From contig JBAZXC010000003.1 in NCBI GenBank assembly GCA_041660065.1, positions 1,495 through 65,494 of the forward strand: a DNA stretch of 64,000 bases, written 5' to 3'. A model generated the notes under the pieces. It was not told the DNA's origin. It saw only the letters and a list, made by a program, of their open reading frames with translations, and ran no database searches. Source of the stretch: Parcubacteria group bacterium. Lineage in GTDB: Bacteria; Patescibacteriota; Minisyncoccia; Moranbacterales; GCA-2747515. The position numbers and the translations under genes were made by a program. Shown here one piece after another: positions 9,134 to 19,656 of the stretch (position 1 is its first letter; the number at the start of each line of letters is the position of its first letter).

Positions 9134-9220
9134 AAATAAGAGTGGCCTAGAATTCCTTACAAACACTTATATAAGGGTCGATGATTTAAAAAGCAATTGA
9201 ATTAAGAGAAGAAAAGTTAT

Positions 9221-12200
9221 ATGACAAATACCAATCGCACAAGCTCAATTAGAAGCGGTTTTGCCTACCAGAATTTCTGGGGTTTAAGGCTGTGCGGAGA
9301 ATGGTTGGCTAGTCCAGAGCAGTACAAATGGATTCAATTTGAAACATGTCCTGATGAAAAAGATCCAAATAAATTCTATTTGGACGACATTGTTTGTCTT
9401 GATTCAGATAACTTATGGCATTTGTATCAAACTAAATATAGACAGGATTGCACTAATAAGTGGACCTGGGATAATTTTTTAAATGCGGAACGGAGTGGCG
9501 GAACTTCACTTATAAGAAAATGGGCAAATTCTTTAGCTAATCGTCTCGACAAAACCAAGGCGGCATTTTTTATAACAAATGGTGATTCTGAAGATTGCAT
9601 TAGCAAATATATATACGATGAATTGCTTAATATCGAAGAAATAAAGAAAAAGGACCCCGCTCTTTATGATCGAATTGTTGTAGAAATAGGAATCGAGAAT
9701 GATGTTGATTGTATTTTTCAAACACTTCGTTTTCAATTCAATCAAGAAAATCTGTCATCTGATGAATTAGAAAAAAACATACGAAAATATTATTATGAAA
9801 AACTTAATGCGACTGAGTCCGGTGTTACTAATTTATATCATGAAATAGACAAGGAGTGCAGGCAAAAGAATACTCAACAACTAAGCATCGAGCTACTTCG
9901 TAAGTGGTGTGAATTTGATACGCCTCGGTCACTGGATGAACAGTTTGATATTCCGACTGATTTTGAATTTTTTGATGATAAAACTCATCAGTCTATCCTA
10001 AATGATCTAGGGAAAACAGAGGGCGGTATCCGAGTAATTTTTGGTAATCCAGGTGTTGGCAAGAGCGTATATTTATCAAAGCTTTCTGATGAGCTGGGTG
10101 AGAAAAAAATAATTTCAATCAAGCATCATTACCACATTTCACCAGAAGATTCTAATCCCCAAGAGCGCTTGAACGCGAAGCGAGTAATTGAGGCCATAAA
10201 GTCACAATTAAAGTCTCACAAGGAAGCTCTTGGTGATTTGGCGAATAAGGACTCAAGAAAAATACCAGTTGGAGAGTTTATTACAAAAATAGGCACGAAA
10301 CTCAATGGAAATAACAAAACTCTCGTTATAATTATTGATGGACTTGATCATGTTTTGCGCTATGGTGAAAAGGAAGAATTAGAGAGTTTTTTAAGAGAAA
10401 TATGCGTACCGCAGCCTGGAGTTTGGATAGTTATTGGTATGCAATTAATTGCTAAGTCGCATTTGCCTCAAGTGGTTTTTGATAAGTTTCCAGAGAACAA
10501 ATGGATGGAAATAAAGGGATTGAGCAAGGAAGCTGTCTCAAGGGTTATCCAAAAAAACAACATAAAGTTACATCTACCAGATCAAGCAGAGCTACTCAAG
10601 AGTTTAGTGGAAAAGTTATTTTCAATCACAGATGGTAATCCATTGCATTTGCGTTATAGTTTGCAGCAATTAAAAAATATATCTGGGAATAGTATCGTTA
10701 CGGAATATTCCTGCAACGATCTCATATCGTATGGAGATGGTATAGAAAAGTATTATGATTCTCTCTGGAATCATATTTCAGATAACGCAAAATCACTCCT
10801 GCTTACAATGGCTAGTGTTAATTTTCTTTTTACGGAGCAGCAACTTATTGAATGCATTTCTTTTTTTGTGACCGATTCTAAGGATGTAACAGATGGGTTT
10901 AATCAAATCTCACATTTAATTTCAAAAAATATACGCGGGCAGATGAGCGTATTTCATAACAGTTTCGAATTATTTTTGAGGAATCGGAAGGAAATGACAC
11001 AGCAAAAAATTGTTATAAAAACAAATATTAAGAAATGGCTGGAGCAATCTAATTATGAATATCTAAAATGGGCAGAATTAAGGATAATTGAGCATGAACT
11101 TGGAAATAGTGAACGGATTCTTGAAATAGATAGAGAGTGGCTTATAGATGCTATTTGCTATCCATGCAATACTGCTCAAATTTCTAAGCAAATGAAATTA
11201 GCTGTCAGAGTGAATCTTGAAAAAGAAGACTTTGGAGCGGCATTGCAAATTTCTTATTTGCATACTTACTATATAAATTCCAAAGATTTTGCAGAGGAGA
11301 CTCCCGAATTAATTTTCGAAGAAGCACTTTGTCTGAAGCAAAATATCTTTGAATATATTGATTTTAAATCATTACCAACAACGCTGTTTTCTGTTGTTGC
11401 AGAAATGGCAGATTCCAACGGAAATAATCTTGCAGCAGAGGAAGCTAAAGACGAGTTAATCGAGCGCTTAAGTCGGCAAGAATATCGTAAGAATGAAATT
11501 CCTCGAGTAACGGGTGTATTTCTAGATGTCATTCCTTTTGATAGAGCTCATAAATTAGTCAAAGTTTATAAATATATAGTTCAATTTAGAAATCTAGATG
11601 TAACAGGTGAATTATTTAAAATTTATTCTCGTAGACTATTGGAATTAGGTCAAAAAAACAAAGTGCTTGAGTTACTAAAACTTAAGCTCAATGATATTGA
11701 GAAGAGAGCTGTTTTAGCGGAATGTGCTGTACATGGATTTAAGAATAGGACCGAAGATTGCTCCATCTATTTTAATGAGGAACAAAATTTAACGCCACTT
11801 TGCTTGCTGTATAAATCAATAAGGAATGAGAAATTTAATCTTCCTGCTCTTCCAAAATATGATATTTTTCCTGAAACAATTCGTGAGCATGATCCCGAAG
11901 AGCGAAAAAAATGGAGTGAATTTTATTATCATAATTTTATTGTTGGATTGTTATATGGTTTTTCTGACAATAAAAAAGATATAGAAAAATGGATTGCTAA
12001 TATTCCTGATGCATGGCCAGCTAAGGCAGTAGCCGCCTTATTTGTTGCAAGTTTAAAAGTTAGTGACGGCATTAAAAACTGTAAATTTGAATATGTAGAT
12101 TTATTCAATTCATTGGTTGACTTGCAAGCTCTGAAGTGGCCCGAAGATCGGGATGTTTTAAACTTTCAGACTGCATTCAGTGACGCTATTAGCGAAATAT

Positions 12201-15200
12201 TTGAAATCGTTATTTATATTAAGGGATACATTGGAGACAATCAAGAAATTACTCTGTCTGATTATATAATGATCACTGGTAGCACAAGTTTCTTAAATGA
12301 AAATAATCTGACGGCGTTAGTTCTAAAAATATACAGGCCACTATTTTCACGTGAGGTATATGAAAAAATAAAAAATAAAAATATATACGGACTTCGTGAT
12401 ACCGTAGATCAGTTTCCCATTAGGGCTAGAGAATACGGCGTCATCTCAAAACTTGCTAGATTGTATGAAGATTTAAAATTATCAAAAGAGGTCCTGAAGA
12501 AAGCGGCGGATAATCTTCTTGGCTATGGTGACCATAAAGACGTCTATTTGTTTGATGTGCTTGAAGTAATAGAGTTTTGTGCACAAGCTGGGGTTGGTCA
12601 AGAAAAAATTAATGAATGGATTTTAAAAACTATTCCATTGATAGAAAATGTCGGAAAATATACCGATGGAGATGAAACACATGCCCTACCTATCGAACTT
12701 GCAGATGTTTTAGCTAAATATAATCCCGGGCTATTGCGTAAGTATTATTATTGGTCTGCTGATCAGGAGAATCTTTATCACGCTGAAGACTTATTTGAGT
12801 GTGTATTGACCTCTCTTGTGTTTAAAAGTGAAGAGGAGATTGCCTTAGCAAAGACTGTTGTTGAAAAAGATTCTTTTTTGAAGCTTAAAGCAACTGCAGT
12901 GAATAATCTCGGCGCCTCAGAGGCTTTGAATGACACGCAGGCTTATCTTGGTGAAATTAGTTTTCCTGAAGAAAAACAAAGTCCTTATACCGGCTCAGGC
13001 AAGCCCGTATATAACTATTCAGAGATTAATCCTGATAAATTAGTAGACCACATTAGCAATAATTTTGAGAATAAATGGGAGCGAAATAGCTATTTAGAGG
13101 GATGGTTTATTTATTGGTTGGAAAAAAATAATAAAGCCAAAATATATGACATTTTCAAAAATGTTATTGACAAATTTGGCGTTCAATCTGTATCAGGAGA
13201 GATTCTTGATATAGCATACCCTCTAGCGTATGAATTTGATAATGAAGCCGCTTTTGATATTGTATGCAAAGCTCAATCAAAGGATAATGGATGGCAAGGA
13301 TATTGGACTGACAAGAAAAAATCTGAAAAAAGATGGCAGTTTATTAAAGAAAAGTACCCGCAACGATATGTAGATTTTTTTCAGAAGAGCACTAATGGCT
13401 ATATTCCATTATCAAGAGGGGTTGAATACTTTCTTTTATTCAATGATTTAAAGCGGGCCGAAGAAATAGTGGAGGCAAGTATCCAGTTTGCAAAATCCTT
13501 GATGGCAAATAGCAATCTGCCATCGCCAGCATGGCTGGAGGAAAAAGAAATTGACGCGCTTGATATTTTAATTCAGCGATTAATTTGGCCTAGTCCATTA
13601 GTCCGAGAAAGAGCTGCCACTGCCTTAGCGAGCTTGCTTTGTTCGAGTAAGAAAAAATTGAATATCTTTAACCATCTGTTGCTCTGGCTTAAACAACAAA
13701 AGATAGAATCTGTAGCAGCAATTGGACTTCTTCCTATCATCAAAACTTTTTATATATGTAAAGACACTAAAGATTTAAAATACATCAACATTGACGATGT
13801 AGCCTCTTCAATGTCAGTAAGTTCCGAAGTTATAGAAGCATTATTTAAGGAGCTTTCAGATTTAAAAAACAAGCCAACGCCAAATTTAAAGCCCTTTAAA
13901 AATATTAAGGAATTTGGAGATGGTTATATTCCAAGTAGCTTCTTCTCTAAACATGTGCAAACATTTCTTGCACCTATTTATATGGATAGGGCAAAAAATA
14001 TTGAAAGGCGATCAGGGAAAAGCTTTATCAAACAATGGGCGTTTATTTCAGATGAGATAATAAAGGATTTAGGAATAGAGCCTAACCATGACCATGTTTA
14101 TTATTATGGTCGCAGTCAACAAGGTGAATTTTTACTTGGTTTTTCCACAAAAATAAGTGAAGTATATAGATCAGCATTTTTAAGAGCTATACAATATTTT
14201 TACCAAAATGGAGATATCGAGAAAGATTTTTATTTGGAATATGCTTATGCGACGCTGCCTATAGAATTATCCAAATGGAAAATTTTACCAAATCGTGCGC
14301 CAGAATGGTGGCCGCAGATCGCATCCAAAAGTAGGGAAGACGATAATGAAGATACTTCTTTGGAGAGTATTTCTTTTAAGAAAGCTCCGGAGGATTTGAT
14401 TAATAATCAGGATGATAAATTAATAATTGCAGCTGAGGGTGCTATCAAGCCAGATAATGGCTGGAAAAATGATCCAGAACATTCATTTAAGTTGATCGCC
14501 TTTGGCTACAGAGCTGTAGGTCCAGAAGTGCCAACCCCGGATGAGGTTTCAGATAGAATTTCTTATGCTTCTCCTGGTTTGATTACTATCCCCTCAAGAA
14601 CACACAAGCCCTTTAATTTCTTAGAAGATAAGGAAAATCATTTACCAGTTAGGCATGAGCCATTCCGAATCAAGGATATTGTAATCTATCCTATCATAGC
14701 CAGGGAACGCGATCTTTCCATTGCCCTTTGGCAATATTTCAGAGATTATAATGTACCATTCAATTTAAACCTCCCACTTTCACAAGAGCTTAAGCTCGTT
14801 TTACAAAAAAATAGCTGGCAGCTGGAGGATAAAAATGGTAAAGCTGTGGTCATGCATAGTGATTGGCTTGAGGGATTAAAGGAGAGATACAATCGAGATA
14901 TGCCCATACCGCATGGTCAGTTTCTGATAGTGGAACAAAGCTTCTTAGATGATTGCTTGGGCAAAGATATTAAGATTGGATATATGCTGAAAACTACCTA
15001 TAGGACAAGGAAGCACAGCTATGATGAGGTTGAAAAGGATAGTAAGATTAAATTAATAAATGTTATTGGTATACCCGAAAAGCCCAAGGGGTATGATTTA
15101 AATGAAATTGAAGAAAGGAACGCTGCATTAAATAAATATCTCGAAAACATTACTGATGAAGAGCTTCTGGAAAAAAGTGAAAAAGAGACAGCCCAAACCG

Positions 15201-16009
15201 AATTGGATTTTCAAGCGCTAAAAGAAGCACTTAAAAATAATAAGTGCAGCTTATGTGGTAATTCAATCTCTCAGTTCTCTGAAAAAAAGCCTTGCCTTCA
15301 TTGGCTATTGAAGCCCAATGGTTTCAAAAAAAAGCATTTTCCATTATTATTTGAAAAATATAATTTTCATAGAATGGAGGCTTATCTTCGGTGGGTGGCA
15401 AATACTGATGTGCCATTAAAAAATATAAATGATCTTGTTGAGGAAAAAACATCTTCAAAGAAAATTGAGTTAACAATTCGGTATAAAAACTTAGAATGGT
15501 CTTTTTCATGTGCAGAATCTGACTTTAGCGGACATCAAGATAGTCATGAAGGAAAAATGCCACACTATCATTTTCAAATGAAATTAGATGACAGAGTTAT
15601 TATAAATTATGGAGGTTTTCATATTCCGTTCCACGATGAGGATTTTTTTGGTTTTTCTATAAGCGAAGGAAAGATACCAAGGCTCGGCTACAAGCATATA
15701 CATGGGGCAGGGATGCAGGAATTATTAGATAACTTTTCTCCAGATGAGCTTTTGGATCAAATGATTAGGGCTGAAAACTATGATGATGCTCAATTGCACA
15801 CGTCTACTTTGGTTGAAGCAGCCCCCGGAACAACCATATCGGGCACGGATATCGCAAATCTTTATAAAGAACATAAAGAAACAGGCATACCAATGGCTAA
15901 ATTAATCAAAAAATTGCCCAATGTAAAAGCAATGAGCGTGATATCTCCTGGTCCTGGTGTGCCAGATCTGGCTAAGCGCACGTCGCGTCGTCGTAAAGGC
16001 GATAAGTAG
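9221..16009 (+). CDS. giant nuclease-STAND/NACHT ATPase (Avs-like antiphage protein) with extra C-terminal Cys/His domain
   Basis: N-term GFAYQ...LDDIV...YQTK (PD-(D/E/Q)xK-like), Walker A GNPGVGKS, Walker B IIIDGLD, GNPL motif, long helical region, C-term CSLC...PCLHW...PHYHFQ. Confidence 0.8.
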   Translation: MTNTNRTSSIRSGFAYQNFWGLRLCGEWLASPEQYKWIQFETCPDEKDPNKFYLDDIVCLDSDNLWHLYQTKYRQDCTNKWTWDNFLNAERSGGTSLIRKWANSLANRLDKTKAAFFITNGDSEDCISKYIYDELLNIEEIKKKDPALYDRIVVEIGIENDVDCIFQTLRFQFNQENLSSDELEKNIRKYYYEKLNATESGVTNLYHEIDKECRQKNTQQLSIELLRKWCEFDTPRSLDEQFDIPTDFEFFDDKTHQSILNDLGKTEGGIRVIFGNPGVGKSVYLSKLSDELGEKKIISIKHHYHISPEDSNPQERLNAKRVIEAIKSQLKSHKEALGDLANKDSRKIPVGEFITKIGTKLNGNNKTLVIIIDGLDHVLRYGEKEELESFLREICVPQPGVWIVIGMQLIAKSHLPQVVFDKFPENKWMEIKGLSKEAVSRVIQKNNIKLHLPDQAELLKSLVEKLFSITDGNPLHLRYSLQQLKNISGNSIVTEYSCNDLISYGDGIEKYYDSLWNHISDNAKSLLLTMASVNFLFTEQQLIECISFFVTDSKDVTDGFNQISHLISKNIRGQMSVFHNSFELFLRNRKEMTQQKIVIKTNIKKWLEQSNYEYLKWAELRIIEHELGNSERILEIDREWLIDAICYPCNTAQISKQMKLAVRVNLEKEDFGAALQISYLHTYYINSKDFAEETPELIFEEALCLKQNIFEYIDFKSLPTTLFSVVAEMADSNGNNLAAEEAKDELIERLSRQEYRKNEIPRVTGVFLDVIPFDRAHKLVKVYKYIVQFRNLDVTGELFKIYSRRLLELGQKNKVLELLKLKLNDIEKRAVLAECAVHGFKNRTEDCSIYFNEEQNLTPLCLLYKSIRNEKFNLPALPKYDIFPETIREHDPEERKKWSEFYYHNFIVGLLYGFSDNKKDIEKWIANIPDAWPAKAVAALFVASLKVSDGIKNCKFEYVDLFNSLVDLQALKWPEDRDVLNFQTAFSDAISEIFEIVIYIKGYIGDNQEITLSDYIMITGSTSFLNENNLTALVLKIYRPLFSREVYEKIKNKNIYGLRDTVDQFPIRAREYGVISKLARLYEDLKLSKEVLKKAADNLLGYGDHKDVYLFDVLEVIEFCAQAGVGQEKINEWILKTIPLIENVGKYTDGDETHALPIELADVLAKYNPGLLRKYYYWSADQENLYHAEDLFECVLTSLVFKSEEEIALAKTVVEKDSFLKLKATAVNNLGASEALNDTQAYLGEISFPEEKQSPYTGSGKPVYNYSEINPDKLVDHISNNFENKWERNSYLEGWFIYWLEKNNKAKIYDIFKNVIDKFGVQSVSGEILDIAYPLAYEFDNEAAFDIVCKAQSKDNGWQGYWTDKKKSEKRWQFIKEKYPQRYVDFFQKSTNGYIPLSRGVEYFLLFNDLKRAEEIVEASIQFAKSLMANSNLPSPAWLEEKEIDALDILIQRLIWPSPLVRERAATALASLLCSSKKKLNIFNHLLLWLKQQKIESVAAIGLLPIIKTFYICKDTKDLKYINIDDVASSMSVSSEVIEALFKELSDLKNKPTPNLKPFKNIKEFGDGYIPSSFFSKHVQTFLAPIYMDRAKNIERRSGKSFIKQWAFISDEIIKDLGIEPNHDHVYYYGRSQQGEFLLGFSTKISEVYRSAFLRAIQYFYQNGDIEKDFYLEYAYATLPIELSKWKILPNRAPEWWPQIASKSREDDNEDTSLESISFKKAPEDLINNQDDKLIIAAEGAIKPDNGWKNDPEHSFKLIAFGYRAVGPEVPTPDEVSDRISYASPGLITIPSRTHKPFNFLEDKENHLPVRHEPFRIKDIVIYPIIARERDLSIALWQYFRDYNVPFNLNLPLSQELKLVLQKNSWQLEDKNGKAVVMHSDWLEGLKERYNRDMPIPHGQFLIVEQSFLDDCLGKDIKIGYMLKTTYRTRKHSYDEVEKDSKIKLINVIGIPEKPKGYDLNEIEERNAALNKYLENITDEELLEKSEKETAQTELDFQALKEALKNNKCSLCGNSISQFSEKKPCLHWLLKPNGFKKKHFPLLFEKYNFHRMEAYLRWVANTDVPLKNINDLVEEKTSSKKIELTIRYKNLEWSFSCAESDFSGHQDSHEGKMPHYHFQMKLDDRVIINYGGFHIPFHDEDFFGFSISEGKIPRLGYKHIHGAGMQELLDNFSPDELLDQMIRAENYDDAQLHTSTLVEAAPGTTISGTDIANLYKEHKETGIPMAKLIKKLPNVKAMSVISPGPGVPDLAKRTSRRRKGDK

Positions 16010-16087
16010 TCGCACTCTTGATTAAAAGTGCACACAAGCCCAAACAAAGGCCTAGTCTTGTCTTTTATGCTCAAGCACGGGACTATT

Positions 16088-17608
16088 TTATTTTTTCAAT
16101 AAGGTTCTGACTTCTTCCATAACGTGGAGCAATTTTCCAGTTTTCTGGTAAGCAATGACCCCTGCAAAGGGGTTTTTTGTTTCAAATACTAAAATTTTTC
16201 CTTGTAACGAAAAGTTCTGAAATACGAAATTGATGAGTTGTGTTTTCTCCTCTGGTTCCGCAACTTGAAAAATCTCCCATGACTTCTGAGATAAGTCTAT
16301 AATAGTACCAGCTGTAATATAGAAGTTCTGGTTTGCTTTGCTATGATCTTCTAATTGCTCCATTAAGTCCTGTTCTTGTAATTTATAGTCATTGCAGCGC
16401 TTATCATAATCTTCAGTTGTTATACGTCCATCCAATCGATCCTCGTACATCACTTTATATCGATTTCGGATTTTACTGAGCTTATGCTCTAATGTATTTT
16501 TATTTTGTATAAAGTATTCTTGCTCTGAATCGTGAATTCGTCGCATTTCGGTAGTTAGTTTATCCAAGGATTTTTTTGTGAGTTTCATATTTTGAAACTC
16601 TTGTTTGATTTGCAAAATCAAATCTTTTTCTCGTATCCAAACAACGTTTGTGCAATTTCCATGGTAATTTGTACAATGATAGTAAATGTATTTTCCCTTC
16701 TTAATTTCTGGAGAAATTGCGCATCCACATTCTGCGCATTTTACAAGTCCCCGAAAAATGTATGGCTTGTTGGTTCGCTTGTAGTTTTGTTTGTTATATC
16801 CAGCAATGACTTTTTGAACTTTTTCAAAAAGATGTCTCGGGACGACCGTGTCATATCTATGTTTGTAAATTTTTCCATTATAAAGCATTTCCCCGTGATA
16901 GAATGAATCTTTGAGTATCTTGTGAATTTGACTGGCTGTAACTGGTTTATTGCTTGGATAATTTGTAAGACCTCTCTTATTCATTTCTTTTGCAAGTGAT
17001 TTTGCAGAATATCCGCCAGCGGCATAAAGTTCAAATGCTTTTAGAATATAGTGACTGCGCTCTTCGTCAATAACAATATCTTTTTTACCATCACTCAATG
17101 TGATATTTTTGTATCCAATGTGAGCTTTCCCAGGCAGCTCACCGTTGTTTAGTTTTTCTCGTAAACTACGCTTTACGTTATCGCCAAGTTGTAGGACATA
17201 ACTTCTTGCAAACATTACTCCCATATCCCAACGCAATAGGTCCGCGCTGTTTGAATCTTTGTTGAGAATGAGGTTTTCACGTAAAAAATGCAATTCCAAT
17301 TTTTCTTGTTTGCGAAAATCATCCAAAATAACAGATTCCTTGAAGCCTCTTTGTAAGCGATCAATGGTATCAGTGATCAATGCAATTGGTTCTTTGGATT
17401 TTTTGATGATCTCAATGATGCTGGAAAATTCGTTGCGAACATCCTTTGTTGATGATTCTGTAATCTCAAACACTTCATCAACAAGAAGATTTCTATATTC
17501 GCAATATTCTCTCATACGACGAACTTGTGATGGTATTGATTGCCCCTCTTCCATTTGCTCTTTTGTGGATACACGAGCAAGTATCAATGCTTTCATAAAT
17601 TTTTTCAT
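16088..17608 (-). CDS. large serine recombinase (LSR2)
   Basis: ILARVSTKEQ, DRLQR, Zn ribbon CAECG...YYHC...C, coiled coil. Confidence 0.95.
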   Translation of the reverse strand: MKKFMKALILARVSTKEQMEEGQSIPSQVRRMREYCEYRNLLVDEVFEITESSTKDVRNEFSSIIEIIKKSKEPIALITDTIDRLQRGFKESVILDDFRKQEKLELHFLRENLILNKDSNSADLLRWDMGVMFARSYVLQLGDNVKRSLREKLNNGELPGKAHIGYKNITLSDGKKDIVIDEERSHYILKAFELYAAGGYSAKSLAKEMNKRGLTNYPSNKPVTASQIHKILKDSFYHGEMLYNGKIYKHRYDTVVPRHLFEKVQKVIAGYNKQNYKRTNKPYIFRGLVKCAECGCAISPEIKKGKYIYYHCTNYHGNCTNVVWIREKDLILQIKQEFQNMKLTKKSLDKLTTEMRRIHDSEQEYFIQNKNTLEHKLSKIRNRYKVMYEDRLDGRITTEDYDKRCNDYKLQEQDLMEQLEDHSKANQNFYITAGTIIDLSQKSWEIFQVAEPEEKTQLINFVFQNFSLQGKILVFETKNPFAGVIAYQKTGKLLHVMEEVRTLLKK

Positions 17609-17625
17609 AGTGAATTATAAATACT

Positions 17626-17724
17626 AAAAGGACGGTTCTAGCTTACCCAATAAATCCAAGGAAATACTGGTAGAACCGCCCTTTGAGTAGGACGATGTCC
17701 TTGAATTTATTCTATTGGGTAAGC
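17626..17724 (-). ncRNA. structured 5' leader of LSR2
   Basis: Minus strand: GCTTACCCAATA..AAATTCAAGGA / TCCTTGGATTTATTGGGTAAGC stem. Loop AAAGGGCGGTTCTA is complementary to downstream TAGAACCGTCCTTT. TATAAT at 17731-17736. Confidence 0.55.
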
Positions 17725-17764
17725 AATGAAATTATACAGTAAGAAAGTGTTTTTTGGTAGGTCT

Positions 17765-18844
17765 CTATTTTATGAGCAATGCATTTCTCACTGCTTTGCC
17801 GAGTTCCTCATTTGATATGTTTATACTCAGTCCATTATTTTTCAGATTTTTCATAGCTTTTACCCGTTCAACGGCCTCAATGGGGGTTAGGGAGCCGTAG
17901 CCGTATGAGCCAAATGTTGTACCGATATGTTCATGTCCAAGTACGAGGCTGATAGCGCGCTTATCCGCTTCAGTCAATCCGAGTTCACTCATAAATGCAA
18001 CAGCGGAATGGCGAAATGAATGAGGATTGTAATAGGGAACATTTGCTTCCTTGCATCTCTCTTGTATGATTTTTCGCGCAGGGTTTGATGATTGCCAAAA
18101 TTCATCCGAGACTTTTTTGAGTGAGAAATCTTGTGTTGCTGGGAATATTGGCTTTTTGCTCCCAAAGCCCTTTTCTTCTGTAAGATAGGAATACCATTCA
18201 AGAAAAATTCTCTCACCATCATCCCAGCCAATGGGAAAAAATGTTGATATAATTTTTTTTGAGTTTTTTGTCTTGACGCCCATTGCGGGGCTCTGTTCGA
18301 TGTGGAGTTTGTGTTTGTCAAATGCTTGCATAGGTAGAGATACAACGGCACTGATGCGCATGCCTGTCAAGATGAGGAATGCAATCATTGCTCTATCGCG
18401 CAGGGCAACCTCGTGATTTCCCGAGATGCTCTGGACAATTGATTTGATTTCCTCAAGTGTTGGAATATCTTTTTCCGTTTTTTCAAGTGCGATGCTCGTT
18501 TCTTTCTTTGAAAGGCGCAGGTAGTCAAGGTCCGTTTTCTTGATTTTATCATAGAATGGTTGATCACTAAGCCATAAAAAGAAGCGTTTAGTGTGTCTGA
18601 GAATGTCATATTGATTTGAGAGTGAAGTGTTATTCTTATCAGCCTCTCGCTTGAGGTATTTTTTGAACTCATCACATAAATCCCGATCAAACTCTGCAAA
18701 ATCAGAATTTTCAAAACACACTTGCCACTTGTAGATGCACTGCGCGTATTTATTGATCGTGCTTTCTGCAAAGCCTTTTGCGCTACGACAATGATTGAAA
18801 TATTCACGTTTTGCCGCCTCATTCTTTATGATCGAATTGGTCAT
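17765..18844 (-). CDS. tyrosine recombinase/integrase
   Basis: RDRAM...LTGMRIS, TKNSK, PHSFRH, LGH...SYG catalytic signature. Confidence 0.92.
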   Translation of the reverse strand: MTNSIIKNEAAKREYFNHCRSAKGFAESTINKYAQCIYKWQVCFENSDFAEFDRDLCDEFKKYLKREADKNNTSLSNQYDILRHTKRFFLWLSDQPFYDKIKKTDLDYLRLSKKETSIALEKTEKDIPTLEEIKSIVQSISGNHEVALRDRAMIAFLILTGMRISAVVSLPMQAFDKHKLHIEQSPAMGVKTKNSKKIISTFFPIGWDDGERIFLEWYSYLTEEKGFGSKKPIFPATQDFSLKKVSDEFWQSSNPARKIIQERCKEANVPYYNPHSFRHSAVAFMSELGLTEADKRAISLVLGHEHIGTTFGSYGYGSLTPIEAVERVKAMKNLKNNGLSINISNEELGKAVRNALLIK

Positions 18845-18912
18845 ATTAGTGTTGTTATCAAATTATGGACATTCGGACATTTATCTAATCTTAGATAAAA
18901 CATGGTAGTACA

Positions 18913-19296
18913 TTATGGCGAACGTATTTGGACGTTTGCCTTTCCGATTGTTTTACAGATATGAGAACCACATTTTTTGCACAATGAATGACGAATATTG
19001 CCAACTGCACGGATGTTTTTTTCTTTTGCTTTGACACCTTTTTTGCACTTGAAACATGGATAGCTTCCTCCTGACATATTCCATTTGCGCGTTTTGATTT
19101 TATTATGCAGATAGTCAGCAACAGCGTCTCCCATAAAAAAATATGGTTTTGAGCCTGGATTATAAGGCGCAAGACCATCTGCAATCCAGCGTTCTACTGT
19201 TTTGCGAGTTTTGTCGCAGATAAACGCCACGTCATCGATGGTGTATGATTGGTATTTACTAAATCTATTCTTTTTTGATGTAGTTATTTTTTTCAT
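18913..19296 (-). CDS. HTH (MerR/excisionase-like) plus Zn-ribbon protein
   Basis: YTIDDVA...TVERWIADGL; CFKC...CKKC. Confidence 0.75.
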   Translation of the reverse strand: MKKITTSKKNRFSKYQSYTIDDVAFICDKTRKTVERWIADGLAPYNPGSKPYFFMGDAVADYLHNKIKTRKWNMSGGSYPCFKCKKGVKAKEKNIRAVGNIRHSLCKKCGSHICKTIGKANVQIRSP

Positions 19297-19356
19297 AGAG
19301 TTTTTTGAGGAAAAATATTTTGATCTGCCATAAAGACACAGGAAACTCTCAAAAAC

Positions 19357-19548
19357 CTATGAGATGTATGGCAGGTCAGAATATTTTTCTTTCTTGATGA
19401 GTGTTTTTTCCTTTTCGCGTTTATTTATGCGATAGAGCAGGTCGAAAAAACCGACAAAGTTTTGATTTGCTTCGATAACTTCCTCATTCGATAATTTCTT
19501 TTGAGAGAGTTCCTCATAGAATGGTTTTTCGTCTTCAATTTTTTGCAT
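19357..19548 (-). CDS. 63-aa small protein
   Basis: FYEELSQKKLSNEEVIEANQNFVGFFDLL, resembles 7130-7300. Confidence 0.6.
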   Translation of the reverse strand: MQKIEDEKPFYEELSQKKLSNEEVIEANQNFVGFFDLLYRINKREKEKTLIKKEKYSDLPYIS

Positions 19549-19656
19549 AAATAAAAACTGATCTTATCCTTGAGACCAGTTTATATCTTTCAAGTTTAGT
19601 AAATTTTAGTAAATTTTAGTACTTTTTTACCTAATTTCAGTATATTCCACCATATT

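Larger units (their letters stand above)
4164..16131. mobile_element. integrative element 1 (LSR, AAA_25 helicase, Avs-like cargo) at tRNA-Asn 3' end
   Basis: Bounded by CGCGGAGCA (4164-4172) and CGTGGAGCA (16123-16131). Recombinase stop lies inside the tRNA. Visibly more AT-rich than dnaG-rpoD. Confidence 0.75.

Noticed and set aside
19595-19622. 10-bp triple direct repeats (TTTAGTAAAT here; TTTTTA[A/G]AC at ~5860-5890) as iterons
   Set aside because: Short, AT-rich and low complexity. They could be binding sites but cannot be distinguished from chance.
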